Assembly: GCA_963675295.2 (NCBI GenBank)
Contig: CAXXKJ010000002.1
Span: 4,160,001-4,224,000 of the forward strand
Length of the DNA: 64,000 nucleotides
Direction of reading: 5' to 3'
Source of the DNA: a bacterium
Lineage (GTDB): Bacteria; Electryoneota; Electryoneia; Electryoneales; Electryoneaceae
Positions 37,520 through 46,536 of this stretch are shown here, one piece after another; within the stretch, counting starts at the first letter, position 1; each line of letters begins with the position of its first letter. The notes beneath the pieces were generated by a model. It saw nothing but the letters and a program-made list of their open reading frames with translations. It had not been told where the DNA came from and did not search any database. A program made the translations under genes and the position numbers.

Positions 37520-38278
37520 ATGAATATAGCTGATTTCAGTGAGGTCGCGCAGTTATTGCTAGCAGACACGGGTTACATCTGGGACGCCATAGAGAATTAT
37601 GAGGGCGAATGCTTTGAGTTTTATATGAAGGAGGAACACAGCATCACCTATGATAAAGAGAACGACTTATGGCTAGACGATGGAAACAACTCTATCGACG
37701 AGGACAAGATACATGATGATTATTTGTGGGATTTTCAACACGATTATTCCAAAATTATAGAATACCTTCGTGAATATATTGATAACACATCAGATGAAAT
37801 GGGTACTATACTAGAGTTTGCCATCCCATCAATGTTTACAAGTTCGGGTTTAGGAAACTGGTATGCAAAGATTAAAGATAAGTATTATTTTTTTTCAGAG
37901 AGTGAATATAGGCCTGAATATGACCAATATGATCCTAACTATGACTGGCAAAAAGATGGTAGTTTTAATTACAATATGTGTTTAGATTACATAATCAAAG
38001 CATCTGAATGGGATCCTGTTAAAGAAATGCGTAAGCTCTCATCCAGCTTTGAACGAGCAAAGGGTGATCACGACGAAAATGACGATATTGATCAATGGCC
38101 CGATCTTTTCCAAGTTCATCCTGCAGATCCAGATTCGTTGGTTGAAATCTTTACAGGTAAAGATCCAACGACAGTAGGTGAGAAGGAAGCCAAAGCACTC
38201 CGATTAAAAGTCGCTAACTATCTTTCTCGGTGGGGCTTTGCATCCAATGGTGAACCACTCCCTACGAAAAGGAAATAG
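37520..38278 (+). CDS. Hypothetical acidic protein (low GC)
   Basis: 252-aa ORF with RBS GGAGG; D/E/Y/W rich. Confidence 0.65.
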   Translation: MNIADFSEVAQLLLADTGYIWDAIENYEGECFEFYMKEEHSITYDKENDLWLDDGNNSIDEDKIHDDYLWDFQHDYSKIIEYLREYIDNTSDEMGTILEFAIPSMFTSSGLGNWYAKIKDKYYFFSESEYRPEYDQYDPNYDWQKDGSFNYNMCLDYIIKASEWDPVKEMRKLSSSFERAKGDHDENDDIDQWPDLFQVHPADPDSLVEIFTGKDPTTVGEKEAKALRLKVANYLSRWGFASNGEPLPTKRK

Positions 38279-38334
38279 CTTTTACACGTCATGCAAGCTT
38301 GCGTACATTTGGCATTAAGATACAAGAGGCATTC

Positions 38335-39360
38335 ATGAGCAAATTTATGCAAGGATTTCTTCAGGACCTTAAACGTGATTTATTGATCGATGATGAGTGG
38401 TATATTGATCACGATGATGGGTTCGAGTGGTGGCCTGGACCCTATTCCCAACGCATAAGGATGATAGGACCTAAAGAATTTAAGGGGATGAAGCTCTATA
38501 AGGTTTCCGCAACGACAAAGATACTTTCAATCAAGAAAAAGTTGTTTGGAAAAAATAGAACTGAACAAGCACTGCTTTTACTTAATCGTTATCCGTTATT
38601 AAATTCGTATGTTTACGATAAAAAACAATCGGTAGTTTCTATATGCTCTTCGTGCTATTTCCCTGAGGCAAGCAAAGTTGGATATCTGTACTGGACGTCT
38701 ATTTCTGCTGCATTTCAAGTTGCACTTGGGGCAATTGGCCTTGAACTTTTGCCGGAACTGTGTGGTGGCCATGTCTTCACAAGCAACCATCCTGCCAGGA
38801 TGGTTCGAACGGACCTTGATGATCTCACAAATATTATCGCAAGCTTGGAACATAAAGTTCATGAGATGTTTTCATCAAGAATAGCAATAGAAATTGATAA
38901 GGTTGGTAAATTTTTAAATGATAATACTGATTTTCTGACAAACTATGAAGAGGATCAACTAACTACCGAGTTACCATTTATTTCTGAAGAACCAGCTGTC
39001 ATGAAATATCTTAATTTGACTGATGGCTCACCATATTCAGAGACCGTCCTACTAAGAATACTCACTGTGGATCAACACCCTAAGCTTAACGAAGGCTTTT
39101 TAGTTCAGATTTCCCTTCCAATTCGTCTTTCAGAAAAATGCATCACAGAACTGAACAGAATAGAAACCGAGCGATTTTACGGCACGCATGTATTCGGTGC
39201 TTGGACTAATGACCATACACTAGGACCTACCCATTCTATTTTTCTGCCATTTGTGGTGTACAAGGATAACACACTTTTAAACACTGTGTTGTCCATGATA
39301 CTGCGTTCGCAAAATGTTAGAGAATTTACGGTATTTCCTGATCGCCTAAAATTTTGCTGA
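38335..39360 (+). CDS. Hypothetical protein (low GC)
   Basis: ~340-aa ORF; no confident family. Confidence 0.65.
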   Translation: MSKFMQGFLQDLKRDLLIDDEWYIDHDDGFEWWPGPYSQRIRMIGPKEFKGMKLYKVSATTKILSIKKKLFGKNRTEQALLLLNRYPLLNSYVYDKKQSVVSICSSCYFPEASKVGYLYWTSISAAFQVALGAIGLELLPELCGGHVFTSNHPARMVRTDLDDLTNIIASLEHKVHEMFSSRIAIEIDKVGKFLNDNTDFLTNYEEDQLTTELPFISEEPAVMKYLNLTDGSPYSETVLLRILTVDQHPKLNEGFLVQISLPIRLSEKCITELNRIETERFYGTHVFGAWTNDHTLGPTHSIFLPFVVYKDNTLLNTVLSMILRSQNVREFTVFPDRLKFC

Positions 39361-39445
39361 AGTGTGAGTTGAATTTTGGTATTTGCCGACGCTTGAATAT
39401 CTAAAACGCGGATAGGATCGTTGCTTACAACTTCCTATCGATAGA

Positions 39446-39629
39446 TCAACCGGTATCGCGTCGATTCTGCCACAGCTCTTCCAGCAGCGCCTCCACCTGT
39501 TTCTCTTGAAATGCTGTTGATCCTGGCGTGTAGGATGATGCATGGGCACCGGGTAGGTCTTCAGCATACGCAGGTTCGATTCGTGGTTCTTCACTGAAGC
39601 AACGAGTCGAGATCGTTTTGATTAGACAT
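39446..39629 (-). pseudogene. Frameshifted paralog of the small ORF at 45813-46100
   Basis: Hand translation SEEPRIE..PGSTAFQEKQVEALLEELWQNRR matches SEEPRIE..PDSAVHQAKLVEQAFEEWWQNRQ. Confidence 0.6.
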
Positions 39630-39655
39630 GGTCCCTGCCACCAGATTTCTTTTGT

Positions 39656-40510
39656 CTACTTCTGCGATTCCCACTCCTTGATATACCTCGTCACAACGGG
39701 AAAACCGGATTGCTGTGCCAACTCAGCAGCAGTGAGTCCTTCGTCATCAAGGATGTCTGTCTTTGCACCGTGTTGCAGTAAGAGTTCACAACATTCAAGG
39801 AAACCAAGCTTTGCCGCGTAATGCAGTGGTGTCCATGTTGTGTAATCAGCCTTGTTCGAATCAGCTCGCCAGCTAAGCAGGAATCGCACCCTTGCAATAT
39901 CCAGATCGTAAACTGCTTTTGTCAGCGCTGTCATACCATGCGAGTCAAATTCATGTATAATTTGACGATGAGTAGTTTGTATCACTCCTCGTTTTACTGC
40001 TAAATCATAGATATTTTCATTGTTTTTTCCGACACCCTCCAAGGCAAGGGCTCCATGTTCGAATAACGAATCGAAGACCCCAAAACGCTCAAAATCACCT
40101 ACACCAAGACTTTCCCAACCCTGCGCTAATTCAATGTAGATTGGAGGCACTCCCCAGGCGTCAAATCCGTCTATATCTACACCAGCTTCCTTCAGAATAC
40201 GGATGCAACCGAAGGCGTCCAGATACACTGCCAGATGGATCAGATTGCCGCTGATTATCCCTGGATTGATCCGATTTGTGTCCTGCTTCCAGAAAGGCAA
40301 GATCTTGTGCAAATAATAGTAATGTGCTGTATCTGGGTCAGCAAACTTCTTGGGATCAAAACTTTCGAAGGCCGCCTGAATTATGAAGTCATCGTAGCCA
40401 TCTATCCTGTAGTCAGCGGCGTCTGGTTCACCTAGCAGTAGAAGACGAAGACGTTCCGTGTCGTCTTGAGCAATAGCGATGATAACTTCCTTGAACCAAG
40501 CTTCTTCCAT
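39656..40510 (-). CDS. Ankyrin-repeat protein
   Basis: GMTALTKAV, WTPLHYAAKLGFLECCELLLQHGA, GLTAAELA. Confidence 0.85.
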   Translation of the reverse strand: MEEAWFKEVIIAIAQDDTERLRLLLLGEPDAADYRIDGYDDFIIQAAFESFDPKKFADPDTAHYYYLHKILPFWKQDTNRINPGIISGNLIHLAVYLDAFGCIRILKEAGVDIDGFDAWGVPPIYIELAQGWESLGVGDFERFGVFDSLFEHGALALEGVGKNNENIYDLAVKRGVIQTTHRQIIHEFDSHGMTALTKAVYDLDIARVRFLLSWRADSNKADYTTWTPLHYAAKLGFLECCELLLQHGAKTDILDDEGLTAAELAQQSGFPVVTRYIKEWESQK

Positions 40511-40538
40511 AGATTCTGCCTTTCCTGAGTACTCAGTT

Positions 40539-40970
40539 TTAATTCCGATCCCTGAGTTCAGCGCGAACCTGCATAAGTATTTGACCTAAGTGATTTTTTC
40601 CGCGACCAGTTCGAAGATCGACACCCCAGTACGTATCGCCCCAACGGTTGCCTTCCTGGATGTGTTCGTTCCCAGTGGCAAGCAGTTGCTGAGCCATTAT
40701 TGTGTGCTGCTGAAATTTAGCACGCACGCCTTCGAGCATCACGTTCCGTTTCATGTGATCCCAGTTCTTCTGCAACTTTACCCGCTGACCTTCGCGCTTT
40801 GCCTGTTCAGGTGATGCAAGCTTGCGGATTTTTTCAGCTTCACCCTGATCAGCACACTTGCTTGCCTGAAAGAAGTGTTCGACGGTAGGATATCGCTTCC
40901 CATCCACATCGATGGGGGATTCGAGGAAGTTGTCCAGAAACTCGTAGTCTTCTGAAAATCGCTTGATCAT
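40539..40970 (-). CDS. NADAR (YbiA-like) hydrolase
   Basis: FLDNF, YPTVEHFFQASK, AKFQQH, LLATG, EGNRWGDTYWG, GKNHLGQILMQVR. Confidence 0.9.
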   Translation of the reverse strand: MIKRFSEDYEFLDNFLESPIDVDGKRYPTVEHFFQASKCADQGEAEKIRKLASPEQAKREGQRVKLQKNWDHMKRNVMLEGVRAKFQQHTIMAQQLLATGNEHIQEGNRWGDTYWGVDLRTGRGKNHLGQILMQVRAELRDRN

Positions 40971-41115
40971 ATAGTCTCCAGACTGTGCCTCTTCAATGCC
41001 CTTAAATTCAGATCTGTCAACAGCGGCTATCAACCGCTAGTTTTAACACCAACGTCAGTTAGTTGCCGTGCAGTGTACCTAGGATTTCTACTCACCATAA
41101 CTCGAAACTGAACTC

Positions 41116-41143
41116 AAAAGGGAATCTCGGAAGATTCCCTTTT
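41116..41143. terminator. Intrinsic terminator
   Basis: AAAAGGGAATCT-CGGA-AGATTCCCTTTT perfect hairpin. Confidence 0.75.
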
Positions 41144-41238
41144 CTGGCGCGGATGTAATTAATCAGATTCCATTCAGTAAGGTGGCATCATGTCGCGGGA
41201 AGTGATCCATTGCGCCAGGCACCCCCACCGAATTCGTG

Positions 41239-42558
41239 TCACTTCACATAGACGATCTTTTGCATCTGCCTACCACTACCGTTCAATGCGGCTTGAATGA
41301 AGTAAACGCCACTTGCCAGGTTGCTCGGTGACCAGCTAAGTCGATGTTCGCCAGCGGTGAACATATCGCGTGCGAGCGTTTCAACAAGCCGGCCAGTCAC
41401 ATCGTAAACAGCGATTGAAAGCTGACCGGATGCAGGCAAGACAACACTGACACCAACCGTGCTGTTGAACGGATTGGGGTATGCTTGCGACATGGTGAAC
41501 GTTTCCGGCTGAACGGGTTCTGTCAACTCACCAGAATCAGACAAATCGGCTTCAAAGTCCCAACCACGATCATGTACCGCCAATTCGTTGTTCCTGCCAA
41601 CCTTGTTGAACTGGAACGAATCTTCAGCAATCACGGTGTTGGGCAGTGTTCCGAGCATAGTATGGAACTGGTACTCACCACCAGGCGCGAAATTCGGCAC
41701 AAACTGGATACCCTGGAACTGAACCTGGTATTCAGCAGGTAGATTCAGGTTCTGGAACGCAACCAGCGGACCGTAGCTGTTTCCATTTGGCAGAGTAACA
41801 CTCGCCCAGGCAGTCGTAACAAGGGGAGTCGCACCGTTCTGGATCATTCCGACAAAATTCAGCGCGCCACCGCGTGCAGGAATGGTGGTGTTGCCTACTG
41901 GATCAACTGTGATCGTCGGGTAGTAGGTAGTGACCACGAAATTGTCGAAGTGTGCCCCATTTTCGCTCTCATAGTACGGACCTGCACCAACCCACAGATA
42001 CAAGTCATCCAAGGTTGAGAAGTTGTCGAAACCGTAAATCACCCGTTCATTCGGACCGCCAACGTCCCACGTGATCTCCCAATCTCCATAGTTACGTTCC
42101 ATGCGCACCACATGTTCACGGAAACCGAAATCGGGGATCGGAACCTGTTCCTGGTGGTCCAACTCCCAGCGCGTGTAGAGTATATCCAAGTCTTCTTGCT
42201 GCAGGTAGAACATGTTCGACCAGTCGTACGCGCCACCTGCCCACGGCATTCCTTCTGACATACCCATGTACACATTGTTGAACTGTGTCATGGTGTCGCG
42301 AGGATAGACGTCAAATTCGATCGTCCACACTTCCGGCATCGTTCCCAATGGTACACCAAAGATTCCAGTGTCATTCCAATAGCCCCAGACTTCAAGTGCG
42401 TAATCACCTTCATGCATCGTTACTTCGCCGAAATCATTGACTAATACCCACGGTTCAAGCGTGCCATCCTCAAAATCATCCTCAAAAATCACGACATCTG
42501 CAACAGATGTTCCAGCCAGCATGAAAATGGCTACGATCCAGCTAAGTGCTTTCTTCAT
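41239..42558 (-). CDS. Secreted beta-sandwich protein + Ig-like domain + T9SS CTD
   Basis: Signal peptide MKKALSW..; FEDDFEDG; YPNPFNST...LASGVYFI...KIVYVK. Confidence 0.8.
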   Translation of the reverse strand: MKKALSWIVAIFMLAGTSVADVVIFEDDFEDGTLEPWVLVNDFGEVTMHEGDYALEVWGYWNDTGIFGVPLGTMPEVWTIEFDVYPRDTMTQFNNVYMGMSEGMPWAGGAYDWSNMFYLQQEDLDILYTRWELDHQEQVPIPDFGFREHVVRMERNYGDWEITWDVGGPNERVIYGFDNFSTLDDLYLWVGAGPYYESENGAHFDNFVVTTYYPTITVDPVGNTTIPARGGALNFVGMIQNGATPLVTTAWASVTLPNGNSYGPLVAFQNLNLPAEYQVQFQGIQFVPNFAPGGEYQFHTMLGTLPNTVIAEDSFQFNKVGRNNELAVHDRGWDFEADLSDSGELTEPVQPETFTMSQAYPNPFNSTVGVSVVLPASGQLSIAVYDVTGRLVETLARDMFTAGEHRLSWSPSNLASGVYFIQAALNGSGRQMQKIVYVK

Positions 42559-42789
42559 CTTTCTTCCCCTCGTTCTGTTTCGAGTACCGATCCCGCATCG
42601 GTTGCTGAAAGAAGGAGTGGAAATCAAAAGGGGTGAACTAATCCAAAAATTGGAAATGTTACGTCGGACTTGAGTAGAGGAAAACAAAGATCGAATTTAG
42701 GTCAGTATTTTTAGTGCTGGAAGTAGTTCTGAACCGCAAAAACTGCTGGTAGTTGATCCAATCGAAAAGCACTCATCGAATGGGATCAT

Positions 42790-43479
42790 CTAGTTGCTAT
42801 CCGTTGACTCAGACGTGTTATCCAGCGGTCGATTCTTTACCGCCCAAAGGTAGAGATCCCTGAGTTTTGCCAGGCCTACTTTGTTGCGGATTGCTTCGGT
42901 GCGTTTGCGGATTGCCCACTCAGAGAGGTGAATCATGTCGGCAATTTCTGCGACGCTCTTGCCATCCTGCAGCAGTCGCAACACCTCAAGTTCGCCTGCA
43001 CTTAATCCATATGGAACTGCTGATTCGTCTGAATCGATGTCTGCTTTCGACTTGCTTGAGGTCTCATCGCCAGCTGGTGCAGGCAAATTGCTCGGCCATA
43101 CATCCTTGCCTGAATATGCATCGTGGATTGCCTTGACAATTTCCTGATTCGACGCGTGTTTTGTCAAAAAGGCTCTGGTCATTTCAAATGCTTTACGCGG
43201 GACATCAATATCCTGCACTGCAGAAATCACGATTATCCGGACTGCTGGCTTCAGTTCCTGCATTCGCCTGATCGTACGCCACTCACGCATACCGTAAAGA
43301 TCAAGATCGAATAACACGACGTCGACCTGTTCTTTTGTGAAAACAGCCAGGGCCTCGTCACGTGTCTGACATGCGGCCACCAACCGAAGTTCGTGTTCGC
43401 GACGAACAAGATTTCGCATTCCTTCCAGCGCGAGTGCCTGGTCTTCAACTGTAAGAACATGGATAATCGAGGACGACAT
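42790..43479 (-). CDS. NarL/LuxR-family response regulator
   Basis: VEDQ, VVLFDLDL receiver; LSAGELEVLRLLQDGKSVAEIA HTH. Confidence 0.85.
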   Translation of the reverse strand: MSSSIIHVLTVEDQALALEGMRNLVRREHELRLVAACQTRDEALAVFTKEQVDVVLFDLDLYGMREWRTIRRMQELKPAVRIIVISAVQDIDVPRKAFEMTRAFLTKHASNQEIVKAIHDAYSGKDVWPSNLPAPAGDETSSKSKADIDSDESAVPYGLSAGELEVLRLLQDGKSVAEIADMIHLSEWAIRKRTEAIRNKVGLAKLRDLYLWAVKNRPLDNTSESTDSN

Positions 43480-43481
43480 GG

Positions 43482-45692
43482 TCAACTCCCCTCAGATTTC
43501 ACTGTATCAAGTCTACTGGGAATCAACATCCAGACTCCGGTCAGCTCGTCAAATCGACGTTCAACAGGCAACCGCAGCTCAACTGTGGTTCCAGCTGAAT
43601 CGTGTGATCGAACCTCGCACGTTCCACCATGAGCCAACATGCGCGTTTCCATCAGCACCAATCCGAGGGACTCAGATTGATGTTTGTCCAGCTCGCGAAT
43701 CCCGATTCCATTGTCTTCGATTTGAATACGGACAGGAGAAGCAGAGGTATAACTACGTACAATGACGCTAGATGCTTTAGAGTGTCGATGAACATTGATC
43801 AGTGCATCCTGGATGCAAAGAAACAAATCCAGCTTCACATCAGAGCCAAAATCTACTTTGTCCTCTTCAATCTCACAGGAACATGCAAATGAATGAGAGT
43901 ATTGTTCAACGACCGAACGCAGCATATCCGCATATTCGAATTGGACCAGGGAAGGTAAAAGCGAACGACTACTTGTTCTTACTTCGCGTTCTGAATCAAA
44001 TAGCAATTTGATCATACGTAGTGATTTGTGAAACAACTTATCATCAACTTCTTTGGCCAGCTCTTCCATTTCCCTACCACAATAGAGAAGAACAGCACAA
44101 ACATTCGAATGAAGGAAGCTTTGTGTATCTGCTCTGATGCTGCTATTTTCACGTGTACTGGCTTCACTAATCTGTTTCAATTTCTGCTGATATAACTTAT
44201 CCTGTTTTTGTTTTTCTATCCGTAGTTTTGCGTGCTTATACCAGATATAAAGCAACACAACCAACAGTGGAACAATCACACCTACCAGGAGATTGAGCCA
44301 ATGACGGTGAAACCACCAACCATACCAAGGTACATGAACCAATTCATACAAATTGAATCTGCCATCTCGATCAATCAGAATTGCATGTTTTCCGGCGAGT
44401 ATTACTTCGGTAGAACGTTTCGCATGATTGCTTTGTATGCGGCCTTCAATTACACCAAGTGGCTGAAATTGGGTATCTAGCAGCCACGAACGAGTCTCAT
44501 CGACGACCAGGTAAGCTGGCCCATTTTGCTCCCGTGATCCAGCAATTTCAATCCGTGAGTAGTGAACTCCATCTGAAACTGCAAAACCAGGCGTAGCATG
44601 AAAGCGTAAATGCCGGAACATACCCACAAATAGATCAGGATCGACGCCCTGATCTACAACCAGTTCGGGAGTAATCCCTGCATGAAAGACCAATCTGGTT
44701 TGGCCAAGTGTGGTGGTAGAGTCAACTGTCGAACCAGTTTCAGGATCCAACAGCCAGAGTGTTGTGACTTTGCTTTCTTGCAATGAAATCCCAGATCGGA
44801 CGACCAGCAACCTGTCCTGCCATGGAACAACCTCTGCTGATCCGCCCCCACCACCAGTGTTCCTATACCATAGCAGGGTTCCATGGTCGTCATAGCAGAA
44901 GACATAAGAGTACTCGTCCGTAAACAGGGCGTTTCCCATTCCATTGCCTGGGGCACTGCTGACACCGACAAATCGATGTTGACCACTTCGTTCAGTCTCA
45001 TGTATGAATCGAACGTTGACTCGAACACCCGTTTGGATATCGAAGAGTACGTGATGCTTGTCGTCCAACCGCATCATTCTCAGTCGCCAGACCTTCAAAG
45101 AACTTGGGTATACCACGCCCACAAACGTACTTGAATCTGCGCTAGCAATTGGTCGCGACACAGTTACTTCGTTGCTAATCCCCTGTAAAGGCCTGTATGG
45201 AACATTCACATCTTGTAGCAATGATGTTGACTGCCCCTTCAGTAGATCGAACATGTAGCATGTCTGAGAAGTATCCGTCTTTTGTGAAAAACAGATCCAT
45301 CGTGTGTTCGTTTGATCGTCTGCGACAAAACTCATATCATAAAATGGCACCTGACGAGGAAAACTGGTTGCACGTTCCAGATTGAACCGGCCCAGATTTG
45401 GCGATCCGGAAGGGGCTTCAATCTGCAGGTAGCGTTCATTACTTAAACCACGATGCCCCAGGTGAGCAACAACCAGGAAAGGATCAGGTAGTGAGTCCGC
45501 AACAAACGGTTCAATTGCTTGTGTGTCGAGGCTGAATGTGCGAATGTGTCGAAACTGATAGGGGTATGCTTTTGGATTCGGTTCAGAATACTCACAACCA
45601 GTAACGAACAGAACGAGACATCCTGCAAACAAAACTAACGCTGCTGTTCCGGGTGAGTGTGTAGGCGATTTCATCGAGTCAATATACCGCAT
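43482..45692 (-). CDS. Sensor histidine kinase (HisKA_3-like) with large extracytoplasmic domain
   Basis: TM helix, QDALINVHRHSKAS, IEDNGIGI, LGLVLM..R. Confidence 0.82.
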   Translation of the reverse strand: MRYIDSMKSPTHSPGTAALVLFAGCLVLFVTGCEYSEPNPKAYPYQFRHIRTFSLDTQAIEPFVADSLPDPFLVVAHLGHRGLSNERYLQIEAPSGSPNLGRFNLERATSFPRQVPFYDMSFVADDQTNTRWICFSQKTDTSQTCYMFDLLKGQSTSLLQDVNVPYRPLQGISNEVTVSRPIASADSSTFVGVVYPSSLKVWRLRMMRLDDKHHVLFDIQTGVRVNVRFIHETERSGQHRFVGVSSAPGNGMGNALFTDEYSYVFCYDDHGTLLWYRNTGGGGGSAEVVPWQDRLLVVRSGISLQESKVTTLWLLDPETGSTVDSTTTLGQTRLVFHAGITPELVVDQGVDPDLFVGMFRHLRFHATPGFAVSDGVHYSRIEIAGSREQNGPAYLVVDETRSWLLDTQFQPLGVIEGRIQSNHAKRSTEVILAGKHAILIDRDGRFNLYELVHVPWYGWWFHRHWLNLLVGVIVPLLVVLLYIWYKHAKLRIEKQKQDKLYQQKLKQISEASTRENSSIRADTQSFLHSNVCAVLLYCGREMEELAKEVDDKLFHKSLRMIKLLFDSEREVRTSSRSLLPSLVQFEYADMLRSVVEQYSHSFACSCEIEEDKVDFGSDVKLDLFLCIQDALINVHRHSKASSVIVRSYTSASPVRIQIEDNGIGIRELDKHQSESLGLVLMETRMLAHGGTCEVRSHDSAGTTVELRLPVERRFDELTGVWMLIPSRLDTVKSEGS

Positions 45693-45812
45693 GGCACGGT
45701 GTTTCTCAAGAGTTCTGGCGTCTGAGGAAGTGAGGCAGATGATGAGCTTCTGCTATGCCATAGGTTTTTGATTGACGAATTAGAAGGTCAATTATCAACC
45801 CATTGCTACGGC

Positions 45813-46100
45813 TTATATCCTATACATCCCTTTGCCCTGTCGATTCTGCCACCACTCTTCAAACGCTTGTTCCACAAGCTTTGCCTGATGAACCGCCGAA
45901 TCAGGCGACAATGGTAAACCAGATGTTGTTGAGTCATCGGGGTTGTCCGTTTCAATTCGGGGTTCTTCGCTGGCTGGTTTGAACTTCGAATGCCGTAAAC
46001 CAAGAGCTCGAGCTAGTCTAGACCGTTCTTTTTTTTGTTGTTTTGTGTCGCCCCAATCAAGGGACGTGCTGTCAGTACTTCGTGATTTGTGTAGGTTCAT
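45813..46100 (-). CDS. Small hypothetical protein
   Basis: RBS AGGTGAGG; paralogous fragment at 39446-39629. Confidence 0.6.
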   Translation of the reverse strand: MNLHKSRSTDSTSLDWGDTKQQKKERSRLARALGLRHSKFKPASEEPRIETDNPDDSTTSGLPLSPDSAVHQAKLVEQAFEEWWQNRQGKGMYRI

Positions 46101-46249
46101 ATGGATTCCTCACCTGTTTCGTGTTTTTTTGTTTTGATGCGCTGTTATACCGTCCTATCCCGTCAGGGTGCTGTTAGTGCGGGACACGTCTGGGCATGTC
46201 CTTAAGCACGCAGTGCGCCGCAGCGAGACAACACAAAAAAACGAGTAGG

Positions 46250-46536
46250 ATGACCAAAACGTGACAGGAATGACCACTTTTCCAGGGTGCTTTGGTCATA
46301 CTTAACTTGTGTTATAATTAGTAAATACACGGCGAATGACCGAAATGACCGGAATTTTTCAGAACCTTTTATAGGGTACGTATTCTATATTGTTAGGTTT
46401 ATCTAACTAGTCGATATACCAGTTTCTAAAAAAAGTGGTCATTTCAGTCATCACGCTCGTAATTAGCTTAATAGACAGGACTTAAGTATGACTAAACACA
46501 TCAAAAAAAGCTGTCATTTTCGGTCATTCTGGTCAT
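46250..46536. promoter_or_regulatory. Putative replication origin: 12 ATGAC-type iterons in mirror symmetry around an AT-rich core
   Basis: Hexamers at 46250, 46261, 46270, 46294, 46336, 46345, 46437, 46446, 46488, 46512, 46522, 46531; directly 3' of primase-helicase. Confidence 0.75.

Noticed and set aside
46140-46240. oriT-like motif (CAGTGCGCCG) beside the origin
   Set aside because: Only a short partial match to MOBQ-type nic; no relaxase and no clear adjacent inverted repeat
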